This document shows, one piece after another, positions 1 to 12,554 of a stretch of 64,000 nucleotides of DNA. Each line of letters starts with the position of its first letter. The stretch's first letter is position 1. Location of the stretch: NCBI GenBank assembly GCA_964016885.1, contig OZ024746.1, positions 88,908,001-88,972,000 on the forward strand, written 5' to 3'. Source of the stretch: Eledone cirrhosa. Taxonomy: Eukaryota. The notes under the pieces were generated by a model. The model saw only the letters and a list, made by a program, of their open reading frames with translations. It was not told the DNA's origin and searched no databases. Made by a program: the position numbers and the translations under genes.

Positions 1-44
1 CGATCTCTAGACCTACCAGTTCAGAGAAACAATTGTCAACAATG
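1..44 (+). ncRNA. 3' part of a type I hammerhead ribozyme, cut by the window edge
   Basis: CGA (possible end of CUGACGA) - stem II TCT..AGA - GAAA (26-29) - palindromic CAATTG - TC cleavage site (36-37). The 5' core lies outside the window. Confidence 0.55.
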
Positions 45-93
45 AGATTAAAAACCTTTTTTGTATAGCAAACCGTGTTACTCTTCTTTCCTG

Positions 94-96
<3 letters not shown>

Positions 97-130
<34 letters not shown>

Positions 131-132
131 TA

Positions 133-218
<86 letters not shown>

Positions 219-229
219 TGTGTGTGTGT

Positions 230-306
<77 letters not shown>

Positions 307-358
307 GCTGCGTGTGCGGCTGCGTGTGCGTTTGTGTGTAAGTATGGTTGTGTGTGTA
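97..358. repeat. (TA)n/(TG)n compound microsatellite
   Basis: Direct read of dinucleotide runs; explains the CV/YI ORFs. Confidence 0.99.
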
Positions 359-1756
359 TTGGAATTTCTTATTTCTGAAGAAATAGGGTATGTTTCAAAT
401 AAACATTTAGATAGCCGTGGCTATGCCAAAACAACACCAGCTAACGCCATCTGGCGGTGTTAAGCAGAAACAAGGGGGACTATCCTCGATACGCATATCG
501 AATTGAACTAGTCCTCATCAGGACGATTCCTCCCACTCTTGCAACTGTTCTCAAAGTCCAACACAGGAGGAGGTGGAGGTGGTGAATGAGATTACTAAAT
601 GTGATGGGCTCCAGTCTTATAAAAAAAAAACAATGTAAAAGATGTTTTGCATGGAACTGATATAATAAATGCACATATTTCTCTATAATTTAGTCTACTC
701 TACGAATTCCATGGTTTGAAGTACTAAATATTCTATATTATTTTTCTATAAGCGTGACAATAGTATACTCATTCGCTGGAAATATTTCCCAATAATTCTC
801 GTATATCAAATATTAGATAATGCATAAACAACATGTAAGAATTAAATAATACAATAACTATCTACAAAGAAGCACAAATCGGTTATGTTATATTGAATAT
901 ATTTATAAATGATATACAAATGAATATTTTAAATGTTGCAATATTATATTACATTGCTATATACACCGTAAGTGTACATTTAATGTGAAGCATTCAATAA
1001 AATACATAAGAAACAAATTAATCAGTGTCTTATTCTTTTGCAATTGTTCAATAGTTTGCGTGTTTTCACTCTCCAGCGCACTTCACTTCTCTTCCGCTGT
1101 TTTTTTCATTCCTTATGTATCCTATTTAATTTAATTAGAGTGATAAGTAAGATGCATCTAATAATTTACTTTCTGTCCGTTTTCAGATTCTTTATTGATG
1201 AGATTGAATTTTGTACCTTCATTTTTATCGTTATCAAGTCGTTTAATTTCATGCAGTTTATTTTCAACCAATATATTCGATATTTCGATATTTCTTCTCC
1301 ATTCGTTTGATATAACGTTAAGGTTTCCTATGACATAGTCTTTGAGTAGGCGACACCTCGTGTTCGAGCGATTCAAATTATCAAGTAGGTCAGACGCTCC
1401 TCTTTATATAGGTTAAATAATTAGCCTGAATAATTTCATTATTTATTTAGTGAAGCTGCAGGCGCCGTATTCCTATTCCATAGAGGTTCTCAAATTTATT
1501 GGTGGTGTATATTGGGGTGAGGCTGCATGTAGGTGGAAAGGCTGAAGTATATAGCGATTATGGTGGCCTTGAGTTCTAGGTTTAATAAAAGATGTGTTCA
1601 TTCACGGACACGCGTACACGTACATATGAACACACCTATATAAGCACACAAACACACACACATATACACACATACACACATACACACACACACACATACA
1701 CACATGGGAATGGGTGAGCATTGATATATGCATGCGAATACACCACAATAGCCGGC

Positions 1757-1910
1757 GAATTGGCAATGTTATTAAACGTAGGATAGAATGCTTTGTGGAT
1801 TTCATTTGGCCTCTCTGATCTCTGAGTTCAAGTCCCACCGAAGTCAAATGCGCCTTTCATCCATTCAAGCTCGATAAACTAAGTACTAGTAGTGAAGTAC
1901 CTGGGTCGAT
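1757..1910 (+). mobile_element. Old diverged tRNA-derived SINE (Nin-domain-like)
   Basis: B-box GAGTTCAAGTCCC followed by GCCTTTCATCC..TCGATAAA..AAGTAC, as in the younger copies. Confidence 0.75.
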
Positions 1911-1942
1911 TTTTACTATATATATATATATATATATATATT

Positions 1943-2355
1943 TATTCGAAACAAAAGGGAAAGAATGACTTCACTTGTAGTGTTGTAGTGTTAAAAAATG
2001 TCATGATTCAATGTTATAATACAATATTATAATATTATGAGTTGTAGATCCAGTAGGTTCTTTGTTAACTTCGGTGGGAAGAATTTTAGAGATTCCTTAT
2101 TACCTTGGGTTGGAGAACTTTCTCGCATTTGTCTGTCTGTGGCGACTGTCAAACTGAGATCGCCATAGACAGACGAATGCGAGAAAGTTCTCCAACCCAA
2201 GATAACCATGAATCTCTAAAATTCTTCTCACCAAAGTTAACGAAGAAATTACTGGATCTTCCAACTCATAATATTATAATATTATATTAAAATATTTAAT
2301 CATGAAATTTGTTAACACTACATGTAAAGTCATTCATTCCATTTTTTTTCAAATA
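1943..2355. repeat. Fold-back inverted repeat (about 200-bp arms) of a Penelope pLTR-like sequence with a decayed HHR at the axis
   Basis: 1943-2145 is the reverse complement of 2160-2355. At the axis: CTGA-GA TCGC..GCGA GAAA GTTC TC (2154-2192). A related motif lies at 60432-60470. Confidence 0.85.
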
Positions 2356-4344
2356 TACCTAACTCTATCAAGGATCTCACACATTCTAACTCTAATCCTT
2401 CCATAAGACCTATATACCCTTCCAAATCTGACATTGGCATCATTAGTAAAAAGTGTTTAGATAGAGTCATCCCACAATTAAGAAAACATGTTAATTTACC
2501 ACTCTGGGAAAACACATCCCAGGTAATTAACTGGTTTACTAATATTAGAAATAAATCATCTGCTTCATTTCTACAATTCAATATAGATGCTTATTATCCC
2601 TCTATATCACCCATACTCCTCAACAAAGCCTTGATATTTGCCATAAATAGATCAAACTTAACTATGGATGACATTAATATTATCACGCACGCTAGACAAA
2701 CATTACTGGAATTTCAGAAGGAATACTGGACCAGAAATACATATAGTAATCTATTCGACATTACTATGGGCTCTAGTTATTCTGCCCAAATTACAGATCT
2801 TGTGGGCCTCTATCTTCTATTTAACATAAATACTTCTTTTCCCCACCTTAAAGGTGGTTTATATCGTGATGAATGTCTTCTTCTTTTCACTAACCTTAGC
2901 CTATCAGAAATTGAAAAAATAAAAAAAACCTATTAAAACTTTCCTCAAAGACTATTATAGTATAACTATTACATTTGAAAACACCAGTAAAGTAGTTAAT
3001 TTCCTTGATATAACTTTAGACTTATCTACGGATATCTACCAACCTTACCATAAACCTAACCAAAACTCACATTACATACACTCACAATCCAATCACTCTA
3101 GATCTATCCTTAAAAACCTGGCGTATAATATCTCACTCAGAATTTCTAACCGTTCATCTAAGCAGGATATATTCGATAAAAATGCGACCTTTTATAACGA
3201 AGCTTTAGCTAGAAGCGGCCACAAAAACAAATTAATATATATACCTTGTTCCAATAATACTACAAACATACAACCCAATATTACCAACAAACACCAAATG
3301 AAAAATACACACCTAAATTCCACTCACACTATACCCACAAATACCAACTTAAAATGTATTTCACTACCTCTTCTCACATACAATATAATAACTTTCAAAA
3401 AACCATTCATCCTAATACTCCAATATATCTTAACAAAATTACTAACAAAATTCCTAATAATCAGACTAAAACAGCTAAATCAGTGAATCTAACTAAACAT
3501 ATGTATAATAATTTCACTAATACTAACTCTCTTAGTAAACATCAGGATGCATCGTATAAAAATAAAAATCAGCATCGAAACCGTAATAGACGAGTTACTT
3601 GGTATAATGCTCCATTTAATCTACAAATTAAAGATAATATCCCTAAAAAATGTTTTACTATCCTAGAGAAAAACTTCCCGCCAAACCATAAGTACCATCA
3701 CATTTTAAATAGATCAACGGTCAAATTTTCCTACTCCACTACCAAAATATACAACAAAATAAAAGTGCCTACAATGCATATGAATGTACAAAAACTATGA
3801 ATATACCACCAACACATCAAACTAACCATAATATTAAAATAAACCGCAGCAAACCACCATCGCCTTCATATACAAGTTGAATAAATTCCACACCAAATTT
3901 TACTAACTCCCCTGATATAATATTTACGAATGGTTGTAACTCTAGAAACAAAGCAAATTGCCCATTAAAAGGACATTGCCTTATTAATAACATAGTATAT
4001 AAATGTAAAATTAGCACTAAGAACTCAACTTATACCTATATATAGGAGCTACTTCTAACCAATTTAAAGTAAGATTTAATACCCACAAACACAGTTTTAA
4101 AAATGCCGCATTGGCTGAAATAATTAATAATTATAGAAAAAAGAATATCGATTATAACCTGACCTGGAGTGTGCTCAAAAGGGCCATCCCTTATCAAAAT
4201 AACAGATATGAGTGTAGATTATGTTCCCAGGAACTTTTTGAAATAATGAAATCTAAGGATATCCTATTAAATAAGAGACAAGAATTAATTATATCGTGCA
4301 ATCATAGAATTAGAAGAACTTTCAAATATTATAAACCTAATTAA
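2356..4344 (+). pseudogene. Frameshifted PLE reverse transcriptase-GIY-YIG endonuclease ORF
   Basis: ORF pieces 2631-2936, 3354-3800 and 4111-4344 plus intervening frames. Expected catalytic Asp positions read N (QFNI) and E (YRDE). Confidence 0.93.
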
Positions 4345-5064
4345 TATACACTTTTGTTTTACAAATTATTATAATTAGTTCTTTTTTTAAATTTAGTTAA
4401 CCTATAATTAGTATGTTACTACTGAGAACTTCATAATTTTATTTCCCTATTACAGCTATATTTTCCTAAAATTAACACCTATAAGTATACATATAAACTA
4501 TTTTAATATCCTGTTATGAATCTAAATTCCTTGTAGTCTATATAAGATTCTTAATTCTCACTAATACATTTATCCCCCCGCAAAAAAATCTTTTTCCTTC
4601 GTTTTTAACAACATTCCTTAATAACATCTAACTCTTATTTATTACATCTATATGAATTAATATAAATTTATCCTTATAAGTATACCTGTCAATTAAATTA
4701 ATTTAATTTCTTTTTATAGATCTAAATTCCTTATTTTTAATAAGATTGGTATTTCTCACTAACACATTTATCCTAAAATTGTATTCTCCTTCGATTTTAA
4801 CATTAGCATTATTCTTTAATAACATTAAATTTCCGTGTACCTTTCACCGGCTTGACCTCTTTTCATCCCCAAAGTAATCTTTTCATTCAAAGTATTATTT
4901 CCATTCACAGCTGAAATCTGCATTCCTCTACCCCTAAATTAAATTTCTACTACTACTATTCTATCAACTTGACCACTTACTACTCTTCTATTGGTCAATT
5001 CAAAACCTGTTCCAAAACAGACCTATTATATTAAGATTTTGTTGGTGTTTTTCAATAAACAAAT

Positions 5065-5202
5065 ATCATTATTTCTGAAGACAGCATATATATGTGTAGG
5101 TATGTATATTCCCTCTGATAGTTTGTAAAATTTGTACATAGATCTATATGATATACATACGAACACATACATATATCCTAGAAACGATCGTAAAATGATG
5201 AT
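5065..5202 (+). ncRNA. Type I hammerhead ribozyme with long stem II
   Basis: Stem I ATCATTATTT/AAATGATGAT (10 bp), core CTGAAGA (5075-5081), about 99-nt imperfect stem II, GAAA (5181-5184), palindromic CGATCG, TA cleavage site (5191-5192). Confidence 0.85.
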
Positions 5203-8004
5203 TTTTTTATATAAGGAACTGTTTCTTTGTTTTTATTCATTGTTTTTATTAATTTATCTTGACTTTGTTTTCCTGTGATTTTCATCGAAACAATATTTGA
5301 ATACATCTATTCTTTTCATGATATTTGGATTATATTGAGTTTTTCATACGGATTGGACACTACGGTATATTTTGGTAGATTTATCTATAAATATATATAC
5401 ATGTATTCTTTTATATATTGTTTCGTTTACGAGTTATCTTTCACCTACGTACGCTGAACCGAATTTGACCTGTGTTTTACAAGTGTTACGAACATGTTGA
5501 TCAATGTGATCACGTGCATGGTTAATGTTTTATGAGGCAAAAAGAACAATACATTTTACAAGTAAATTTGAATATTAATTTTAAATTTTACGGTATTTGT
5601 CTTCCGCAATATCCGTTGTATTTAAAGACATTTTTTTAATAATACTTAACAATTATTATTCGGTACAACTTGATTCAATACATGTCTCATTAAAATTTGA
5701 AGAGAAGTTAGAATTTGTTTTCATACATAGCCATAAACAGTTTTCAATTTTGTGTATGATTATGGTTATCAAATCTTAGTAGATCACTTCCTGACATACA
5801 TAGAGTATAATAAACAATTCTTCTAAGGTTGAGACGGAAGAGATGATAGTAGATTTTCTTGATCTGGAAATTCGAACCCCGATCTTGCAGTTCTAGATTT
5901 CCTCTTCATGGTCATGTTATGTCTATTTATGGTTAGTTATCTCTCTATATAGTAATATGTACACGTTGGAAAAGGAATGTGTGGACTAAATTATATATTG
6001 AAATATGTAAATTTTATTTAGACGCATTACAATATTCTATGCTAGAGAAATATGAAAATGACATCTGAACTTCTTTACGGTATAAAATGCCTATGCGACA
6101 TCATTAAGGAACAATACACAAACAAGTATTAAAATATGTTCGGTGCAGACGAACCTTTCAATCGAATTATATACTTTAATCTGACGAATAAGTTATTTGC
6201 CATAATTATATTACATATATTGAATTACTTATCAAATATATATTCAGAGATCTATTCTTTATTTATGTGTACTTCCAATAAATAATGGTGGAGATGGAGA
6301 TCTGTCAGCAAAAACATACATTTTTTTTATTAATTCCAACTCAGTTGTTCATAATTTCATATCGATAAAACAAAAACCTCTAGTGATATTTCCAATATAC
6401 GTGATATTATTTCCATCACTATGTGAACAACATATCGACACTTTCCAATATTCTATGAGACCAAAGTATAACTACCCTGTGACCTAACCTATTTAGAACT
6501 GTGAATACTAAATTCGAATTATATTTCGTATAAAACATACCTGTGCTTTTTATACTTGGAAAACATTTGCTTAAGCCAAAATTAAATAAGAATAGATTAC
6601 TCAATTGAAATATATTTGTATATATTTACATTCCAATTCAGTTTTTAACAGTGGCGTATTTTTCTGACAACTTCAAAAATGATCGTTTAAATATATTGTT
6701 TAAGGCGTATGGATGAGAAATTTTCTTTTAGATCCAGTAAATTTAGTGCCAACACAAGGTTCATTATATGTAGATTACATCATATTTAACTCCACATAAA
6801 CCATTTTATGTGAATAAATATCACACATATATGTAAAGCGTTATCTGCTTATCTCCTGATGTTATCATGAGGTCACTTAATATTTATTTTTGGTATATAT
6901 TAATCAGAATTGAAAACCATCCCATAATATGTTTCCCAGTTACTGTAAAACGGGAGCTAGGTATGACTGACTGAAAGGGTTGTTACCCATATTCGTAGAT
7001 CGAATCATTACCAAGGACTGGAATCTGATAATGACAAACGTACAAATTCATTTATAAGGCTGGTAGTAGAAGCCATTGACTAAGATCCATCGCATTCGGA
7101 TCAAAGCACAATCCTTTCGAAATTACGTAAAGTCAAAGTGAATCATTTTAAACAGACAGCCATGAGAAATAATCAGCACAGCGGACATGGATCGGTGTGT
7201 CTTGAAACTATATGAAGTAAGAAGATTGGGTGTAACGTACGCAATTTAGGAATGCAATTCAAGTAATCATTGTAAAATATTTGGAAGTTATGCACGTTGA
7301 CTATTGAATTATATAACGTTATTCGTTTCTATAATATTTGTTGCTCACTCAGCTAAATCAAGATGAAGACGTTTAAGATGCGTATTGTAACCAAATGAAC
7401 AGTTTTACATTAGCTCATTTGTTGTTCCAGACTTCAAGTAAATGTATATAGAACTTTTAAAAATAAACAGGCAATTATACATAAGTCTAACTCCATTAAT
7501 AAGAATATAGGAAGTTTAAGCAGATCCTCTAATTACGTTTTACTAATATACAAACATTATCAAAACAATGCGTACTAAATTATAATGATACAGCTATTTT
7601 CATATATAAGTTAACAGAAGAAATATGTTTCAGAATCAATTTTACTAAGAAAACATGACCTGCTTCCATATGTTTTATAGGACATAGACACAAATATAAT
7701 CTTTCTTAATTATACCATTTTCATTAACAGAATGAAGCTATCATCATTCCTTCATTTTCCCATATATTTATTTCCCCGATTTTCAACTGTGTTATTGTAT
7801 TTAATGGTTTATTTATTGAGTACTAATTCATACAGCTATGGAACATGAAACAACGTATTCCCTTAATTTGTAATGCAATTTCAACTACACATGTTTCTAC
7901 ATTATTTTCGTTATACACATCTGCGCATTCTTGGTTGTGAATGTGTATGGGCATATTTAGGAATATATAGAATTTTTTGTTTATTTCGTTTTATTTTACA
8001 TGTT

Positions 8005-8830
8005 CCAGGCATCCGACTGAGGTAATGCTGGGCTACCGTCCTTGTTGCTAAACGTTCTATATCCAGCTTACGTTGGCTGGCCAGTGATGTAGGGAGAAGT
8101 GCGTTGTTGGTGCCCTTAGGTTTCCTTCGTTCCCTGTCACCACACAGTGACGTTCTTTTCTGGCGTTGGTCCAGCTCACAATGCCAACATTTGGTGCTAG
8201 TCTTTCCAGGATCTCCCAAATGTATATCACTGCTCACCACTCCCACCTTCGTTCCAAGGAACATATGTTTAGTTCTTTCAGCCTATCCCATAGCTCATCT
8301 CCTTCATCGTTGTAATCCATTTTGTGTAGCTTCGATCGATTGCTTCAAGCGCCCTGGTTAGTTTGACTCTCTGGAGTGACCAGGTTTGGGAGTAATAGCC
8401 CAGTCGTCGACTAACATGGTCTCTCAGTCTCTTGTCCTGAAAGTCCTCAAGATCCAGCCACATAGTCTTCCGCACATTATCCCCCACCCTCATGATATAT
8501 GAAGAAAATTATGCATGGTTTCTCATGTCTATACCCACGACACATATCGATTTTGACACGGAGATTTCGATCCTGCCTGCTCTGGTGTAACTTTGTTGTA
8601 CTGACCTTGTATTAGTTGGTCTATATAGTAGGCTTAACATTTTCGAGCATCAAGTGTTGTTATCTTCAGCCCATTTGTATTTGGTATCCAGATCTTGTAA
8701 AAGAATAGCGTCAGTCGGATTCTTGCCTGTGCTACCTTTGTGCTATTAGCATACTATTGAGGGATCTTGCATGTGCCTCAGGGGACACATCAGAGGAAGC
8801 CACATCAAAAACAGCAGTATTGCGACGACT
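8005..8830 (-). mobile_element. Decayed RTE-clade LINE, 3' end
   Basis: Minus-strand remnants RLRDHVSR (cf. RLRWLGHV.R) and RRKPK, with higher GC than the flanks and many stops. Confidence 0.65.
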
Positions 8831-8835
8831 TTACC

Positions 8836-8889
8836 CACACAGACACACACACACACACATATATATATACACACACACATTCACACACG

Positions 8890-8923
<34 letters not shown>

Positions 8924-8943
8924 CACACACACATTCACACACG

Positions 8944-9001
<58 letters not shown>
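8836..9001. repeat. (CA)n/(TA)n microsatellite with an internal about 52-bp duplication
   Basis: ACACACACATTCACACACGCACACAC occurs twice. Confidence 0.95.
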
Positions 9002-9002
<1 letters not shown>

Positions 9003-9600
9003 GTTATTCCGGGTTGAATCGGAGGTAACCACAGTAAGTAAGGTACTCAATACATAGCAGAGTATAAAAGTTTTAATATAGATGAGATTCTACAGGACTA
9101 GAACTGTTTCATTCATTAGAAATCATCAGGAATCTGGGTATCAAAAAATAAAAATGGTATTTATAGGTCTCTACAAGTGGTAGGAGAGGGTGGGGAGTGG
9201 GATGGGTGCAGGTCATTGGTTGATAGAAAAGGGAATTCATTAAAAGCTAATTCTACAAAGCTATAGTTTATTTTTATTTATTTATGTTTTTAGAGTAACA
9301 AGGGCAGACAGAATTCTATAAACAGGTTCCGGATGGCATACCATTCCTTGTCATTAAGTTTCTCTTAAGCTAACAGATGTCTATAAAATCAGTGGGGGCT
9401 CAGTCATGGTCGATAGAATTAAAGAAAAGGGAGATTCTTTAAAAGCTAAAATCATTAAGGTTCTACTAAGTGACAAAGGTCTAGAGAATTCTGTAGACAG
9501 ATTCAAAATACTGAGTGCATATCTTACAATTATCTTCGAACTTCTCTTAAACTAATCAACTATATGCCAAAAATCAACAGACACATTCACAAAAAAACAA
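9002..9600 (-). mobile_element. PLE 3'-region/pLTR-derived element, family A (other copies 15785-15910, 21568-21620, 25981-26075, 60840-61025)
   Basis: Shared TTCTACAGGACTAGAACTGTTTC motif, abuts (TA)n and contains an HHR. Confidence 0.7.
9085..9135 (-). ncRNA. Type I hammerhead ribozyme with intact core
   Basis: Minus strand: AGATTC CTGATGA TTTC TAAT GAAT GAAA CAG TTCTAGTC CTG TA GAATCT. Stem I is 6 bp and the cleavage triplet is GUA. Confidence 0.85.
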
Positions 9601-10944
9601 AAAAACAAAAAAACATACTCACTCACACACTTACGCGCAACCATAAACACACACACAAACACATATACACAAATATATGTATATATATAATATTAGGAAA
9701 CAGTACGATTTCATAGGTTTTACAGACGGAGAATTTTATAAATGTGTCATATAATATGCAGAAAAAACAAGAATATTGACCGATATAAGGATATATTTTA
9801 ATGCCTATATAATAGTGAATATTATATGTTTTGTAGAGAAACTTAACCCTTATTATAATATGTGTGACACCGAATAGAAGTAGGCCTGACAAACTGACAT
9901 GATTCATAGAAACATTTATAAGATTGAGCCAATACAAAACATGATGCTATATTGTTGCGTATTTGCGTGTCGGTGGGAGACAAGTGTAATATAATTTTAA
10001 AAAATGGAGAAATTTTGTGAGTTAGAGATTCGTATCCAACCTGTGTAGTTAGGAACATTTTCTCAAATGCGTAAGCGTGAATAATCAATTATGTCGTCTG
10101 AAGGAAATGAATGTCTATGATTTTATTGACAGCAGTAGAATGAATGTTTATAGTGATAAAGACGGAAATGTAACAGTGAACGCACAAAACCGTAATTAAA
10201 TACTGCAGAGTAGCTTAAGAAACGCTCTACTTATTGTCTTAAATGATCATCATGATAAACGATGTATTATAAAATAATTGATCATTAATTAGCAGAAGAA
10301 CTGACAAAAAAAAGGCCAAACTTTATATATAAAAATCATGTTCAGTTTGCCTTTATGAGAAATTGAATACTTATATTTCTGATAGATCTAATTCTCCTGC
10401 ATACTTCAATTGAACATAATTTATTAACACACAGAACGAAAACAGGAAAGAAGAAGCAGGATTTATGAAATGTGTGAAGAAAATATATATTGGAATATAA
10501 AGAGGTAAAGATTTGAGAAATAATAGGATAATGTTATGAGGAAGAGATGAAATATATTTTTCTTGCTGTATATAACAAACGTTAATATGTATATGAACAG
10601 CTAAGAGATATTTTCGTTACTGTACATGGTATATCAATTAATAATAGTAATTAAGTCAATTATTGTAGAGGTGTACATGATTAATTTTCTAGATGGGTTG
10701 ATTTTCTATATTTGCATAAAAAAAGAAGTGACGAGAGAGTTTCAATGTTAAATAGATATGAACACTTTTCTTTTACTAGTTTTTTTATATTTTTATATTT
10801 TTTTTTGTTTACGAACTGGACGACCGAAATTGCGTTCCAGTATATATATTTGGGTGTGGCGGGGGGTATATGTGTGTGTATGGGTGTGCGCGTGTATGTG
10901 TAAACTATTATGTATGCATGTATACTCATATGCAAAGAAAAGCA

Positions 10945-11057
<113 letters not shown>

Positions 11058-11660
11058 TAAAGGGGGTTGGGATAGGGTGATAGAGAGAGGGAAATAGAGG
11101 GGGAGATATATGGATGGGGGAGAGAGGCGAAAGAGGTAGAAGTAGGGATGTATACGAGGTAGAATGAGAGAGGGAGAGAGGCAGAGGGAGAAAGGGCGTG
11201 ACAGAGGGAGGGCCGATAGAGAACAAGTGGCTGAACAATGATATCAGAAAGACCAGTTTCAATGCTTAATTAATGCATTGGTTTACTATCGTTTAAAATG
11301 GTGAATTGAATCATGAAATTTACGATATATTGATTAACCACAAGTAATTATGTAACTACATAGTATTGGCCTAGATGGAACACAATATTCCGCAGTTTAT
11401 CCTCCGAAAACATACATAATAAATAGACAATCTTTGGGAATAAATGCAGCAAATGAAGGTCAGTCTCCATATTAATACATTAAGTTGCCTATCATATGTA
11501 TCCTATATGGATAATCTAATGGATCATTTGAAGAAGACGCGTCGTAGGGTGACTCATGGTATGATGATGTAACGATTTTACCACATAAATACGTATTATG
11601 CATATTGGATAATTAAAGCAATTATGTAATTTACCATTTGTATGGTATTATTGCTTATAT

Positions 11661-11835
11661 ATATAGGAAAAGAGTCAGGACGCCGAAGGCTGAGCTCCGG
11701 CCGTTTTGACAGCTACATCCAAACTACGCCACTAGTATGGTGGCTTAGTTTGGATATATCTGTCGAATGGCCGCAGCTCAGCCGTCGGAAACCTGACTCT
11801 TATCCTATTACCCAATCTATTAACTTAAGTATTAA
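11661..11835. mobile_element. Family B hairpin element (half-HHR fold-back)
   Basis: ATAGGAAAAGAGTCAGG..GCTGAGCT and its reverse complement AGCTCAGCCGTCGG..CTGACTCTTATCCTAT, with the axis near 11735. Confidence 0.85.
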
Positions 11836-11865
11836 GGTCCACCTGGTATCTTAACATGTCATCTT

Positions 11866-11913
<48 letters not shown>

Positions 11914-11915
<2 letters not shown>

Positions 11916-12112
11916 TTAGGGAATTGGATTCGCAATCGTAAGGTTGTGAGTTCGATTCCTGGACCATGTGATGCGTTGTGTCCTTGAGCAAGACACTTTA
12001 TTTCACGTTGTTCCTTCTACCTGGAGTTGCGACCGATAGATAGTATTAGCAATTGGAAAGACCAACGGAAACATTGTTCCCTGGGTCCGATTTGACAAAA
12101 GTCTATCGCTCC
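11914..12112 (+). mobile_element. tRNA-derived CORE-type SINE (second copy 62896-63085)
   Basis: B-box GAGTTCGATTCC and CORE-like TGTGTCCTTGAGCAAGACACTT. The tail is nearly identical at 62970-63080. Confidence 0.8.
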
Positions 12113-12554
12113 TATAATATATATATATATATCGGGGCTTTGGGTGGGCCCCATCGCGTACCGTTGTAGTTGTTGTATACAAATATGAACTCATCAATCC
12201 AATTGTCCTAATCCAAAAGTCTAAATAATTTACGCTTGTATAAATTTAACACCTTAACATGGAAAGAGACGTAGTTCAAATTTTAGTAGAGAAGAACATT
12301 TTTGTACATTCAAATAGTTTCATCAAAGATTGAAAATATTTACGGAGAATTATTAATTTAACTGAATTACATAGAATTTACTATATATACTTTGTTACGA
12401 AACATGTCTATGTTTGCTCCATTATTAATTCCAATATTAGTTGTTAAACTATTAACGTTAGATTTATCTTATATTTTAGAATTTACTTAGAAAATGCGGA
12501 ATGTATGTAGTGTAAGATTATAAGGTATTTTATATTACATGTTTTCAATGATGA

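Larger units (their letters stand above)
2356..5260 (+). mobile_element. Penelope-like element, Naiad-type, 5'-truncated and decayed (RT + GIY-YIG + 3' region with HHR)
   Basis: SKSDIGIISK, QFNIDAYYPSI, ITMGSSYSAQITDLVGLYLL, GLYRDEC, VNFLDITLDL, SNH, WYNAPF, CNSRNKANCPLKGHC, IVYKC..YIGATS, CRLCSQE..LLNKRQE..CNH. It has frameshifts and altered catalytic Asp residues. Confidence 0.95.

Noticed and set aside
470-525. CTGATGAGGAC..GTCC on the minus strand as a hammerhead
   Set aside because: No GAAA follows the putative stem II.
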